Shown here piece by piece: positions 33,500-43,958 of a stretch of DNA of 64,000 nucleotides (position 1 is the stretch's first letter; each line of letters opens with the position of its first letter). The DNA is taken from assembly GCA_017512555.1 (NCBI GenBank), contig JAFWFE010000001.1, positions 22,238 through 86,237 of the forward strand, read 5' to 3'. Below the pieces are notes generated by a model. It saw only the letters and a program-made list of their open reading frames with translations, made no database searches and had not been told where the DNA came from. The DNA comes from Solobacterium sp. GTDB lineage: Bacteria; Bacillota_I; Bacilli_A; Erysipelotrichales; Erysipelotrichaceae. The translations under genes were made by a program, and so were the position numbers.

Positions 33500-34576
33500 A
33501 TGGATGCAGTAAGAGAAAAACTAATGGAAATAGAAGCACAATATAACGAAATCAACCAGAAACTGATGAGCGAAGAAGTACTGCGCAATCCTTCGGAAAT
33601 GACGCGTTTATCCAAGCAGGAAGCTAATCTGCGTCAGTCCGTGGAAGCCTGGCACTCACTTTCTTCTCTGGATTCACGTATAGAACAGGCAGAAGAAATG
33701 ATGAAGGAAAGTGATCCCGAGCTGAAGGAAATGGCAGCGATGGAATTGGAAGAATGTTTACCTGAACGGGAAGCTCTTCTGGAAAAGATCCAGAGACTTC
33801 TGATTCCGCGGGATCCGGATGATGATCATGATGTGATCATGGAGATCCGCGGAGGTGCCGGAGGTGACGAAGGTAATATCTTTGCGGGTGATCTGTACCG
33901 GATGTATACCCGTTATGCGGAAACCAGAGGATGGAAAGTACAAGTACTGGAAGCGAATCCGAGTGAAGCTGGAGGATTCAGCCAGATCATCTTCTCCATC
34001 AAGGGAAATAACGTCTATCATGACCTGAAATTCGAATCCGGGGCACACCGTGTACAACGTGTACCGAAGACGGAAGCCCAGGGCAGAATTCATACCTCTA
34101 CCGCTACAGTTCTCTGCCGTCCTGAAGCGGAAGACGCGGATATTGAGATTGATGAAAAAGATCTGACGATTGAAACACACAGAGCTTCCGGAGCCGGCGG
34201 CCAGCATATCAACAAGACCGATTCCGCAGTACGTATCGTCCATATTCCCACCGGGATCACGGTAAACTGTCAGGAAGGACGAAGCCAGATCGAAAACCGG
34301 GAAACCGCAATGCGTCTGATCCGTTCCCGTGTCTATGAAGAACTCCGGAGACAGCGTGAAGAAGCCGAGGGAAAGATCCGCCGGGCAAAGATCGGCACCG
34401 GTGACCGCAGTGAAAAGATCCGCACCTACAACTACCCGCAGAACCGTGTTACCGATCATCGTATCGGTCTGACGATCACCCAGCTGGACAGAATCATGGA
34501 AGGCAAACTGGATGATATCCTGGCAGGTCTGCAGGCAGAAGACGAAAGACAGAAACTGGAGATTTCCGAACAGTGA
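33500..34576 (+). CDS. prfA: Peptide chain release factor 1
   Basis: RVQRVPKTE (PxT tripeptide region), SGAGGQHINKTDSAVR (GGQ). Confidence 0.95.
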   Translation: MDAVREKLMEIEAQYNEINQKLMSEEVLRNPSEMTRLSKQEANLRQSVEAWHSLSSLDSRIEQAEEMMKESDPELKEMAAMELEECLPEREALLEKIQRLLIPRDPDDDHDVIMEIRGGAGGDEGNIFAGDLYRMYTRYAETRGWKVQVLEANPSEAGGFSQIIFSIKGNNVYHDLKFESGAHRVQRVPKTEAQGRIHTSTATVLCRPEAEDADIEIDEKDLTIETHRASGAGGQHINKTDSAVRIVHIPTGITVNCQEGRSQIENRETAMRLIRSRVYEELRRQREEAEGKIRRAKIGTGDRSEKIRTYNYPQNRVTDHRIGLTITQLDRIMEGKLDDILAGLQAEDERQKLEISEQ

Positions 34577-35445
34577 CAACCTTTGCGAAAGCGGTAAGAA
34601 ACTACGAAAAGATGTGTACGGAAAGGGATATTCCCGCGGAAACCGTAATGTCTTTTCTCGTGGAGATCAGCCGCAGGGAAAGATACGATCTGTATCTGCA
34701 CTATGAAGAAGAGATACCTGAAGATCTGGAACAGTACTTCCGTGAAGGAATGGAGAGGATCCTGAAGGGTGAACCTATGGCGCATGTGCTGGGATACTCC
34801 TGGTTCTACGGGTATAAGATGATCGTTAACCCGGATGTACTGATTCCACGTGTGGAGACCGAAGAACTCTGCGCGTATATCCTGTCCAGAATCGACCGGT
34901 ATTTCAAGGGACAGGAGGAAATTAACTGCGCGGATATCGGTACCGGCAGCGGCGCGATCGGTATAACCCTGGTAAAGGAAGAACCGAAGATCCGGATGAC
35001 CGTCACGGATATTTCCGAAGAAGCGCTGACAGTCGCAAGAGAGAATGCCTCGCTCAATGAAGCAGAAATGGAATTCCTCTGCGGTGATATGGTCAAACCC
35101 CTGATTGAACAGGGAATAAAACTGGATGTGCTGGTATGTAATCCTCCGTATATCCCGCAGGATGAACCGATGGAACACTCGGTCGTGGATTATGAGCCCC
35201 ATGTGGCATTGTTCGGCGGGGAAGACGGACTGAAGTTCTACCGCGAAGTATTCCGTGACTGCCGGCTTGTACTGAAGGATAAAGCGATGATGGCTTTTGA
35301 AATGGGATGGAACCAGAGAGAAAAGATGTCTGCTTTAGTAGAAGAAACACTTCCGGGAGCCCGGTATGAGATCATCCGTGACATGAGCGGAAAAGACCGG
35401 ATGTTGTTTGTATATTTTGGATTAGAAGATGACAAAAAAGCGTAG
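34573..35445 (+). CDS. prmC: Release factor glutamine N5-methyltransferase
   Basis: DIGTGSGAI SAM motif and NPPY (VCNPPYI). The GTG start overlaps the prfA stop. Confidence 0.9.
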   Translation: MTTFAKAVRNYEKMCTERDIPAETVMSFLVEISRRERYDLYLHYEEEIPEDLEQYFREGMERILKGEPMAHVLGYSWFYGYKMIVNPDVLIPRVETEELCAYILSRIDRYFKGQEEINCADIGTGSGAIGITLVKEEPKIRMTVTDISEEALTVARENASLNEAEMEFLCGDMVKPLIEQGIKLDVLVCNPPYIPQDEPMEHSVVDYEPHVALFGGEDGLKFYREVFRDCRLVLKDKAMMAFEMGWNQREKMSALVEETLPGARYEIIRDMSGKDRMLFVYFGLEDDKKA

Positions 35446-36202
35446 AAAACTGAAACCCCTGGGAAGGACGATTCTGATCTGTCTGGAAGTATGCCTGGCA
35501 GTTGTTTTCCTGTTCTCTTCGTATATGGCTTATCAGGCCTGGCATATGTACAAGGAAGCCGGTACGGAATATGAAGAAATCACGGAAACAGCAGTGATCC
35601 GGAAAGAAGTAAAGAACGATAATACCGACACGGTGGAAATCGATGATTCCGTAGATTTCGAGGCACTGGAAGAAATCAACCCGGATATCGTTGCCTGGAT
35701 CACGCTGGAAGACTCCATGATCAATTATCCGGTTGTACAGGGAGAAGATAACGCGTATTATCTTGAACACTTGTTTACACGCAAGGTAAATCATCTCGGC
35801 TGTGTATTCATGGATTATCGTACGGCAGCGGACTTCTCCGACTATCATACGCCTCTGTACGCGCATCACTCGCAGAACGGCGCCATGTTCGCAGGAATTG
35901 AGAAATACAAAGCACAGTCGTTCTATGAGACGCATAAGAAAATCCGCCTTCAGACACCTGCCGGAGAGTATACACTTGAACCCTATACCGGTCTGGTACT
36001 GAACGCGGAAGTAGATTTTTTACAGTTAAACTTCAATAGTCCCGAAGAATTTGTCCGTTATGCCAACCAGTGGAATAACGATTCAACATTCGCTTCGGGG
36101 ATTACGATCACGGAAGATGACCGGATCGTTACCCTGATCACCTGTACAGCAGATTACGAAAACGCAAGATATGCGTTATTCTGCCGTCTTACAGAGAATT
36201 AA
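35429..36202 (+). CDS. srtB: Class B sortase
   Basis: N-terminal TM, INPDIVAWITLEDSMINYPVVQGEDNAYYLEH, catalytic TLITCT. Overlaps the prmC 3' end by 17 nt. Confidence 0.85.
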   Translation: MTKKRRKLKPLGRTILICLEVCLAVVFLFSSYMAYQAWHMYKEAGTEYEEITETAVIRKEVKNDNTDTVEIDDSVDFEALEEINPDIVAWITLEDSMINYPVVQGEDNAYYLEHLFTRKVNHLGCVFMDYRTAADFSDYHTPLYAHHSQNGAMFAGIEKYKAQSFYETHKKIRLQTPAGEYTLEPYTGLVLNAEVDFLQLNFNSPEEFVRYANQWNNDSTFASGITITEDDRIVTLITCTADYENARYALFCRLTEN

Positions 36203-37214
36203 CCAGTTTCTCGGTATTCTCTTTCGTGGTCATGAAGCTGGTCACGAAACGCACGATGGAATGCGTATCGTCCACAGTTCCGAAAGTATGGAAGGCAAAC
36301 TCTTTGTGTAACTCGGCAATCTTCTCGTTATCCATGATCGGGAATAACTGATTGGTCTGAGGAGTATACGCAAACTTGTAGCCTTTCTTTTTTAATGCCT
36401 TGGCGATCATTTCCGCGCATTCGGCAGCGTTCTTACTGATCTTGAAGTACCGGTCTTCCTTGAACAGTTCTTCAAACTGTATGCCCAACATACGTCCCTT
36501 TGCCAACATCGCACCGCGCTGTTTCATGTGGAAGCGGAATCCCTTCTTCAGTTCCTTGTCCACGATTACCACAGCTTCCCCAAACAAAGCGCCCACCTTT
36601 GTGCCTCCGATATAGAAGACATCGGTAAGCTTCGCAAAATCTGCCAGGGTAACATCACAAGCCTTGGCACACAAGCCATAGCCTATACGCGCACCATCCA
36701 CAAACAACGGAACATGATACTTATGACAAACTTCGGAGATCTCTGTCAGTTCCTTCCTGGAATACAGGGTGCCGCTTTCTGTCGGCCAGGAAATATACAC
36801 CATCCCCGGTTCAACCACATGTTCGAAATTACCGTCATTGCGGTGATCGACGATTGCCTTTTCAATCTGTGCGGCAGTGATCTTTCCGTCTTTGGACGGT
36901 AATGGAAGACATTTATGACCAGTCGCTTCTATGGACCCTGTCTCATGAACATTGATATGTCCGGAATCCGCGCATAACGCTCCCTGATACGGCTTCAGTG
37001 CTGACGCGATCACGGTAAGATTTGTCTGGGTTCCGCCAACGAGGAAATGAACATCCACATTCCGGTTCCCGCAGGCTTTGCGGATCAGTTTTGCGGCGTT
37101 CTGGCAATGCGGGTCAATGCCGTATCCGGATGTCTGTTCAGTATTGGTTCTGGTTAGTGCTTCGAGAATTTCAGGTATACAACCCTCAGTATAATCACTT
37201 TCAAAATTGATCAT
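36189..37214 (-). CDS. ltaE: Low-specificity L-threonine aldolase / beta-eliminating lyase family PLP enzyme
   Basis: FESDYTEG...GGTQTNL...GGTKVGA, colinear with threonine aldolases. Confidence 0.8.
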   Translation of the reverse strand: MINFESDYTEGCIPEILEALTRTNTEQTSGYGIDPHCQNAAKLIRKACGNRNVDVHFLVGGTQTNLTVIASALKPYQGALCADSGHINVHETGSIEATGHKCLPLPSKDGKITAAQIEKAIVDHRNDGNFEHVVEPGMVYISWPTESGTLYSRKELTEISEVCHKYHVPLFVDGARIGYGLCAKACDVTLADFAKLTDVFYIGGTKVGALFGEAVVIVDKELKKGFRFHMKQRGAMLAKGRMLGIQFEELFKEDRYFKISKNAAECAEMIAKALKKKGYKFAYTPQTNQLFPIMDNEKIAELHKEFAFHTFGTVDDTHSIVRFVTSFMTTKENTEKLVNSL

Positions 37215-37280
37215 GTTACTTCTCCGTTTCTTAAAACATCATATCTCAAACCATGGTAGAATGAAACAGGTATACTTGAA

Positions 37281-37883
37281 ATGATCCGGATTTATACGAA
37301 AGAAGAACTCCCTTTATTGGCTGAGATCCTGAAGAATGACGGTGTGATCTCCGTACCTACCGATACGGTATACGGTGTATGCGCACGGATGTTTTCCCCT
37401 GTTGCCCAGGAGAATCTGCGCAGGGTGAAAAACCGTCCGCTGACCAAGGCATTCCCGGTCATGTGCGCGGACCTGGAACAGATCCGGACCATTGCGGAAG
37501 TGGATGAACGTACCTGCCGGATCATCCATACATTCATGCCCGGACCGCTGACTGTCGTCTTAAGAAAAAAAGCAGGGATACCCGGCTTTGTGAATGGTAA
37601 TATGGACACTCTGGCTGTACGTATGGCACCGGATGAGGTGATCCGGGAACTGATTCTTCTGACCGGTGAACCCCTGTACATGACCAGCGCAAATCAATCC
37701 GGGGAAAAGACCTGTACGACACTATCCGAGATTGCGGAAAACTGCCCGCTGCTGGACGGCATGCTGGAAGGGGAAACACGCTTCGGTACCGCCAGCACGA
37801 TTGTGGACTGCACCGGAGAACTGAAGATCCTGCGGGAAGGTCCAATCACTCTGAAAGAACTGAAACAGGCAGCGGATCAATAA
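37281..37883 (+). CDS. tsaC: L-threonylcarbamoyladenylate synthase (TsaC/YwlC, Sua5 family)
   Basis: ISVPTDTVYGVCAR, RVKNRPLTKAFPVM, TSANQSGE. Confidence 0.85.
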   Translation: MIRIYTKEELPLLAEILKNDGVISVPTDTVYGVCARMFSPVAQENLRRVKNRPLTKAFPVMCADLEQIRTIAEVDERTCRIIHTFMPGPLTVVLRKKAGIPGFVNGNMDTLAVRMAPDEVIRELILLTGEPLYMTSANQSGEKTCTTLSEIAENCPLLDGMLEGETRFGTASTIVDCTGELKILREGPITLKELKQAADQ

Positions 37884-38409
37884 AACGCATTCTGGCAGCC
37901 CGGTGATAGATCTGTTCTGCCTCACGTTCATACTCTTCCCGGGAAATGTCCCTGCCGTGAACCATCAAGGTATAATCCGCCCCGTAAAACAAATAACGTA
38001 CAGGCGTCATCCGAAATCCGTTACGCTGATAGAAGGACAGACGTTTTTTTCTTGTGCTGATATCCTTCACGGATTCTTCGGGTGTATCGATCTCCAGTAC
38101 CACCGGCACATCCGCGTACCGCTGCAGCACACTCTGCAGGAGCGCTGTCCCGTAATGCCGGTCACGCAGTTCCCCGCATACCGCCAGGTAGTAGAGAAAA
38201 CACATCGTCTCACTGTGGTACAGGTACACAAATCCCACAAAGAGATCCTTGTCGTAAAAAGCCAGTAATTCTGTCTGTTCCTCTTTTAACATATGCAATA
38301 TTACGGGGAAGGGAATCCGTTCATTCGCAGGAAAAGACTGAACGTATAACTTACGTATCGTCCGGATCATCTTATCTTTACTGTTAAGTGTTCTAATCGT
38401 TAAAGTCAT
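37846..38409 (-). CDS. GNAT-family N-acetyltransferase
   Basis: YYLAVCGELRDRHYGTALLQ motif A. Its 3' end overlaps convergent tsaC by 38 nt. Confidence 0.75.
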   Translation of the reverse strand: MTLTIRTLNSKDKMIRTIRKLYVQSFPANERIPFPVILHMLKEEQTELLAFYDKDLFVGFVYLYHSETMCFLYYLAVCGELRDRHYGTALLQSVLQRYADVPVVLEIDTPEESVKDISTRKKRLSFYQRNGFRMTPVRYLFYGADYTLMVHGRDISREEYEREAEQIYHRAARMRFIDPLPVSVLSE

Positions 38410-38465
38410 GTTTGTAATTCTGTTTCTGAATTTGATAACATGAGTATAGCAGAAAGGAGTTTTTT

Positions 38466-39230
38466 ATGTGGAATAATATTGACACTGGCGCCTATGAAGG
38501 AATGATCGCCGAAACCATCACAATTAAGGGTTATCATGATGAACCTGTCCGTGCTTATTATTCTCGTCCGCTCGGGGCCGGACCTCATCCCGGAATCGTA
38601 TTGATTCCTCATATGCCGGGATGGGATGAATGGCAGCGTGAAACCGCTCGTCGTTTTACCCAGCATGGCTACGAAGTAGTCTGCCCGGATATCTACTGCC
38701 GTGTAGGCACAGGCCTGCCCACCGAGGTCGCACAAGCCGCAAGAGAAGCCGGAGGTATCCCGGATGACTGCGTTATGGGTGATACGAAGGGATCACTGGA
38801 TTTCCTGAAGACACAGGCGACAGGCAACGGTAAAGTCGGTGTGATCGGTATGTGCTCCGGAGGCAGACACGCGTTCCTGGCAGCTTGTACGGTTGACGGC
38901 TTTGACGCTGCGGTAGACTGCTGGGGCGGTGGTGTAGTCGCTTCCCCGGAACAGCTGACACCCGCAAGACCCGTAGCACCGATCGACTACGCAGAGAAAC
39001 TGTCGATCCCTCTGCTGGGGATCTTCGGCAATGAAGACCACAGTCCTACACCGGAAGATGTAAACAAGACAGAGGAGATCCTGAAGAATCTCGGAAAAGA
39101 CTATGAGTTCCATCGCTATGACGGAGCCGGACATGGATTCTGGTATTACGATAAACCGATGTACCGGCAGGCACAGGCTATGGATTCTCTGGAGAAGGTA
39201 TTCGATTTCTTTGAAAAACACTTGAGATAA
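38466..39230 (+). CDS. Dienelactone hydrolase family protein
   Basis: Alpha/beta hydrolase with GMCSGG nucleophile elbow and C-terminal GAGHGF. Confidence 0.8.
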   Translation: MWNNIDTGAYEGMIAETITIKGYHDEPVRAYYSRPLGAGPHPGIVLIPHMPGWDEWQRETARRFTQHGYEVVCPDIYCRVGTGLPTEVAQAAREAGGIPDDCVMGDTKGSLDFLKTQATGNGKVGVIGMCSGGRHAFLAACTVDGFDAAVDCWGGGVVASPEQLTPARPVAPIDYAEKLSIPLLGIFGNEDHSPTPEDVNKTEEILKNLGKDYEFHRYDGAGHGFWYYDKPMYRQAQAMDSLEKVFDFFEKHLR

Positions 39231-39232
39231 GA

Positions 39233-39258
39233 CCAATGACCGGATATCCGGTCATTGG
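39233..39258. repeat. Perfect 26-bp palindrome (terminator-like hairpin)
   Basis: CCAATGACCGGAT|ATCCGGTCATTGG followed by TTT. Lies between the DLH stop and the radical SAM RBS. Confidence 0.8.
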
Positions 39259-39274
39259 TTTACATGGAGGTATT

Positions 39275-40420
39275 ATGGCGAATCACCCGTTTGTGACCAT
39301 GACGAAACCGACAGGTTCTTTTTGTAATATGAGATGCCGGTATTGTTACTACCTGAATGCGGATAACGGTGAATCGTTTGCGCATATCCGGATGAATCCC
39401 GAACTCCTGGAGAGATATATCTCTGATTATATCCAGAGCACAAAGGAAGATGTCGTATCGTTTACCTGGCACGGCGGAGAACCGACCCTGGCAGGATTGG
39501 ACTTCTACGAAGAAGTCGTACGGCTGCAGAAGAAATATCTTCCCAAGGGAAAGACCTGCTGGAATAATATCCAGACCAACGGATTACTGATCGATGAGAA
39601 GTGGTGTGAATTCCTGAAAAGAGAGAAGTTTGATATCGGTGTCAGTATCGACGGTACACGGTTTGTCCATGATCTGTACAGGGTGGATGTGAATGAAGAC
39701 GGTACATATACCAGAGTAAAGAAGGCTGTAGAACTCCTGGAGAAGTACGGTATCCATCCGGACCTGTTATGTACGGTTACCGAAGATACGGCGAACGCGG
39801 CACGCTCCGTATACGCCTCACTGCGCAGTTTCCACTCCGGCTGGATCCAGTTCATTCCCATTGTCCGGTACAACGAAGACGGCAGTACAACCGAAGATTC
39901 CGTTACTCCGGGCAGTTACGGACGTTTCCTCAAAGAAGTCTTTCGGGAATGGATCACCCATGATCTCGGGAGATTAAACGTTCAGATCTTTGCGGAAACC
40001 GCCCTGGTATTATCCGGCCGGAAAGCCAATGTATGCTGGTTCAGCGAGACCTGCGGGAATGTCCTCATCGTGGAAAGAGACGGCAGTGTCTATGCCTGTG
40101 ATCACTTTGTGGACCAGAGCCACAAGCTCGGGAATATCACCGATACATCTTTGTCAGAACTGGCGGATCATCCGTTCCAGCAGGCATTTGGCCAGGAAAA
40201 GAAGAATATCGCGGAGAAGTGTAAAACATGCCCGTATGAGTTTATCTGCCACGGAGGATGTCCGAAAGACCGGAATACACAAACAAGAGAGTATTATCTC
40301 TGTGACGGGTTATTTACGTATTTTGAATATGCGGTACCATTATTGAGGAAAGCCATGAACTGGAGTCAGGAAAGAAAGACTCCGGCAGAAATCATGAAGA
40401 GGATCAGAGAGGAAGAATAA
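39275..40420 (+). CDS. Radical SAM/SPASM enzyme, anaerobic sulfatase-maturating enzyme (anSME)-like
   Basis: CNMRCRYCYY (CxxxCxxC), WHGGEPTL, C-terminal SPASM cysteines (CKTCPYEFICHGGCPKDR). Colinear with clostridial anSME as I recall it. ATG 39275 follows GGAGG; the track start 39236 lies inside the palindrome. Confidence 0.8.
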   Translation: MANHPFVTMTKPTGSFCNMRCRYCYYLNADNGESFAHIRMNPELLERYISDYIQSTKEDVVSFTWHGGEPTLAGLDFYEEVVRLQKKYLPKGKTCWNNIQTNGLLIDEKWCEFLKREKFDIGVSIDGTRFVHDLYRVDVNEDGTYTRVKKAVELLEKYGIHPDLLCTVTEDTANAARSVYASLRSFHSGWIQFIPIVRYNEDGSTTEDSVTPGSYGRFLKEVFREWITHDLGRLNVQIFAETALVLSGRKANVCWFSETCGNVLIVERDGSVYACDHFVDQSHKLGNITDTSLSELADHPFQQAFGQEKKNIAEKCKTCPYEFICHGGCPKDRNTQTREYYLCDGLFTYFEYAVPLLRKAMNWSQERKTPAEIMKRIREEE

Positions 40421-40423
40421 CGT

Positions 40424-42226
40424 ATGAGTGAAGCAGTAAGAGAGAGAAAAGACATCGAAGAGAAATTCAAGTGGGATCTGTCTTCCCTGTACGAAAGTGA
40501 TGAAGAATGGGAAAAGGCATTGGAACAGGTAGATGCCAGTGTTGCGGAATATGCAGCCTATGCAGGAAAACTGAAAGACGCGCAGACCATCGCGGAATAC
40601 TTCGGTAAAGAAAGTGAACTGGAAAGGAAACTGGATAACCTGTTCTGTTACGCGTCACTGCGCAGAAGTGAAGATCTGCGGGAAGAAGTACCGCAGAAGA
40701 TGTATGCCCGGATGTACGGAAAATACGTGATGATCATCACTGCCCTGGCATTTGCCCAGCCGGAGATCTTATCCCTTACTGTAGAAGAACTGGAAAATAT
40801 CGAGAATGATCCGGTGATGAAAGATTACCGGTTCCTGATGGAACAGTTGAGAATACGCAAACCTCATACACTCTCCCAGAACGAGGAAGAATTACTTGCG
40901 AGATTTGCGGAAGTACTCGGTGCGCCTGCACTGATCAGTGAGAATCTTCAGGACGCAGACCTGAAATTTGCGCCGGTAAATGACCAGGACGGAAACAGTC
41001 ATGAAGTCCACGGCTCGAACTATATCACCCTGCAGTCTTCCAATGACCGCACCCTGAGAAAGAACGCGTTCTTCAGCTTCTATGATACGTATAAGAATCA
41101 TATCAATACCTTTGCGTCCACGTATTCCGCAGCCGTGAAGGCAGCTGCCGCAGAAGCCCAGGCGAGACACTACAACAGCTCCCGGGAGATGTCCATGGCA
41201 CAGAATAATATCCCGCTCGGCGTCTATGACAACCTGGTAAAGACAGTGAACGCGCATCTGCCGGAAATGTACCGGTATGTGGCATTACGCAGACGTTTAC
41301 TTGGCCTGGAAGAACTGCATTACTACGATCTGTACGCTCCGTTAGTCAAGGGAAGTGAAGAACGGTATACCTATGGGGAAGCGCAGAAATTACTTCTGGA
41401 GGCCATCCGTCCTCTGGGTGAGAGTTATGTCAATAAGGTCAGAGAAGGCCTGGATTCCCGCTGGATTGACGTCTATCCGAATACCGGGAAAAGCGGCGGC
41501 GCATACTCTTCCGGAACCTATGAATCCAACCCGTATATTCTGACCAACTTCACCGGTACTCTGGACAGTGTATCCACAATTACCCATGAGATGGGGCACT
41601 CCATGCACTCCTGGTACTCGAATACACATCAGCCTGCGCACTATGCCGGATATACCCTGTTTGTGGCAGAAGTCGCATCCACGGTCAATGAAAACCTGTT
41701 GATTGAAAACCTGTTGTCCAAGACGGAAGATCCGCAGAAACGTCTGGTACTGATCAACCAGTATCTGGAGAACTTCAAGGGAACCGTATATCGTCAGACC
41801 ATGTTTGCGGAATTTGAGATGGAAGCGCATGCGATGGCAGAACGCGGAGAAGCCCTGGATCCCGCAACCCTGAACCAGTTATATCTGGGATTGATCAAGA
41901 AATACTTCGGACCGGAACTGACTGTAGATGAAGAAGTACAATACGAGTGGGCAAGGATCCCGCACTTCTACCGTCCGTTCTACGTCTATGTTTACGCAAC
42001 AGGATACAGTTCTGCCGTGGCAATCTCCGAGATGATCCGCAAGGATCCAAAGAACGCGGAAAGATACCTGGAATTCCTCTCCATGGGCGGAAGCCAGTAT
42101 CCCCTGGATGAACTGAAACATGCCGGTGTAGACCTGCTTACAGCAGAACCTATCGATCTGGCGTTAAACAAGTTTGGTGCCTTGTTGGATGAGGCAGAGA
42201 AGCTCGCGGAGGCAGTAAAGAAATAA
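40424..42226 (+). CDS. pepF: Oligoendopeptidase F (M3B family)
   Basis: HEMGH zinc motif (ITHEMGHSMHSW); about 600 aa with M3B colinearity. Confidence 0.9.
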   Translation: MSEAVRERKDIEEKFKWDLSSLYESDEEWEKALEQVDASVAEYAAYAGKLKDAQTIAEYFGKESELERKLDNLFCYASLRRSEDLREEVPQKMYARMYGKYVMIITALAFAQPEILSLTVEELENIENDPVMKDYRFLMEQLRIRKPHTLSQNEEELLARFAEVLGAPALISENLQDADLKFAPVNDQDGNSHEVHGSNYITLQSSNDRTLRKNAFFSFYDTYKNHINTFASTYSAAVKAAAAEAQARHYNSSREMSMAQNNIPLGVYDNLVKTVNAHLPEMYRYVALRRRLLGLEELHYYDLYAPLVKGSEERYTYGEAQKLLLEAIRPLGESYVNKVREGLDSRWIDVYPNTGKSGGAYSSGTYESNPYILTNFTGTLDSVSTITHEMGHSMHSWYSNTHQPAHYAGYTLFVAEVASTVNENLLIENLLSKTEDPQKRLVLINQYLENFKGTVYRQTMFAEFEMEAHAMAERGEALDPATLNQLYLGLIKKYFGPELTVDEEVQYEWARIPHFYRPFYVYVYATGYSSAVAISEMIRKDPKNAERYLEFLSMGGSQYPLDELKHAGVDLLTAEPIDLALNKFGALLDEAEKLAEAVKK

Positions 42227-42227
42227 G

Positions 42228-43958
42228 ATGAACAGAGGAAACACAGACAAGCTGAAAAAGATCCTGTTTGCGCTGGCAATCACTTGTTTTGTGGTGTTTC
42301 CGTACTTTTCCTCGTGTATCTATAACGGTCATGATCTGCAGTTCCATCTCAGCCGTATTGAAGGGGTGTGGAATGCCATGGCGGATAAACAATTCCCGCT
42401 GGCGATCTACCCAAACAAGAACTTCGGCTATGGGTACGCTTCACCGCTGTTCTACAGTGATCTGTATCTGATCATCCCATCAGTCTTGTTACATGTATGT
42501 CATCTCCCGGTTGTGCGTATCTTCAAGCTGCTGGTATTTGCCTGTGTATTCTTCGCCAACCTGAATATGATGCGAGTGATTGAGAAGATCTTTCACCGGT
42601 TGGACCTGGCGGTATTCTCCGCGTTTCTGTACACGACAGCCAATTACTTCATCACCGATATCTTTATCCGGGCTGCTTTGGGTGAGATTCTTTCCCTGGC
42701 GATCTTCCCGTTATTCCTGGATTGTATCTACGATGTGTTTGTGAAGCACAAGGACCGCTGGGTATACGCGGCAGTTATCTTCGCACTTTTGGCGCATGCG
42801 CATCTGATCTCTTGTGTATTGGCATTTCTTGCCCTGGTCTTTGTCTGTAATCTCTATGCCGGAACGATCCGCAGACATCCGCGTATCCTGCTGACAATCG
42901 TCAAAGCGGGATGTCTTGGCTTCGGGCTGACCTGTATCTACTTTATGCCTATGCTGGAACAGTATTTCGCCCAGGATCTGATCGTGCATCATATCGAGAA
43001 TACGATGTTACAGGAGTTTATGGTCCCTGTAACGAGATTGGCAGGAGACTTCTTCTCCGACTTCCGCATGCAGTGGAAATACGCATACGGTGTTGATACG
43101 GCTGACCGCTATAAGAACCTGGGATGTTTCCTGACGATCCTCCCGCTTGGATATCTGGCAGTGCCGAAAGACAAGCATATCACCAGGGCACTGATCCTGT
43201 ATGTACTGGTACTGTTGTGTTCTTCCACACTGGTTCCGCTCTACCGCTTCTCCGCGATCTCGTTCCTGCAGTTTCCCTCCCGCTTGTACACACCGGCTAT
43301 GTGCGCAGGTTGTCTGATTATTGCGTACACCCTGCAGTATGTGGAGAAAAAGAAACTTAACTATATCTTCGCAGGTATTGCCGTCCTGTCGGTATTGAAC
43401 CTCTCGTTCCTGTTCTCCTGTATCAATGATCCGGAACAGGTACGTACGATTGATGATCACGCGACAACGGAGGAACTATTCACCGAGCGGAAATACGCGA
43501 ACGTGATCATTGAAGAATCCCGGTGGAACTGGGAAGAACTGGCATTTGGCGAATATCTTCCCCAGGCGTATTATTATGATTATTACAACGTAGGTACAGA
43601 GATCGATGATCTGGAATACCACCATGCCGGAATTCCCTATGAACGCAGCGGTACCACGCTATCCTTCACAACAGATCTGAGTGAAGAAGAGTGGATACTC
43701 TTACCAATATCCTGGTACAAGGGATATCAGGTCTATGAGACAGATCCCGGGGGAAAGATCCTGGATAAAGTCTATACTTCCCAGCATGTTTATTCCGGAA
43801 GGATACAAATTCATGCGCAGCCCGGTATACATCACTATCTGTTGAAGTATCCCGGCACAAAACTCCAGAAATTATCAGCAGCCGTATCTGTGATCAGTCT
43901 CATCGGATTACTGGTAATTTACCTCAGACATAAAGATTCAAAAGGAGGCGCATTATGA
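42228..43958 (+). CDS. Large polytopic membrane protein, GT-C-fold glycosyltransferase-like (YfhO/ArnT-like), tentative
   Basis: About 12 TM segments and a C-terminal soluble domain. The N-terminal HDLQFHLSRIEG...FGYGYASPLFYSDLYL pattern is reminiscent of GT-C membrane proteins. ATG is 1 nt after the pepF stop. Confidence 0.5.
   Translation: MNRGNTDKLKKILFALAITCFVVFPYFSSCIYNGHDLQFHLSRIEGVWNAMADKQFPLAIYPNKNFGYGYASPLFYSDLYLIIPSVLLHVCHLPVVRIFKLLVFACVFFANLNMMRVIEKIFHRLDLAVFSAFLYTTANYFITDIFIRAALGEILSLAIFPLFLDCIYDVFVKHKDRWVYAAVIFALLAHAHLISCVLAFLALVFVCNLYAGTIRRHPRILLTIVKAGCLGFGLTCIYFMPMLEQYFAQDLIVHHIENTMLQEFMVPVTRLAGDFFSDFRMQWKYAYGVDTADRYKNLGCFLTILPLGYLAVPKDKHITRALILYVLVLLCSSTLVPLYRFSAISFLQFPSRLYTPAMCAGCLIIAYTLQYVEKKKLNYIFAGIAVLSVLNLSFLFSCINDPEQVRTIDDHATTEELFTERKYANVIIEESRWNWEELAFGEYLPQAYYYDYYNVGTEIDDLEYHHAGIPYERSGTTLSFTTDLSEEEWILLPISWYKGYQVYETDPGGKILDKVYTSQHVYSGRIQIHAQPGIHHYLLKYPGTKLQKLSAAVSVISLIGLLVIYLRHKDSKGGAL

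Noticed and set aside
39236-39274. Track start (39236) for the radical SAM gene
   Set aside because: That ATG lies inside the perfect 26-bp palindrome with no SD. ATG 39275 follows GGAGG.
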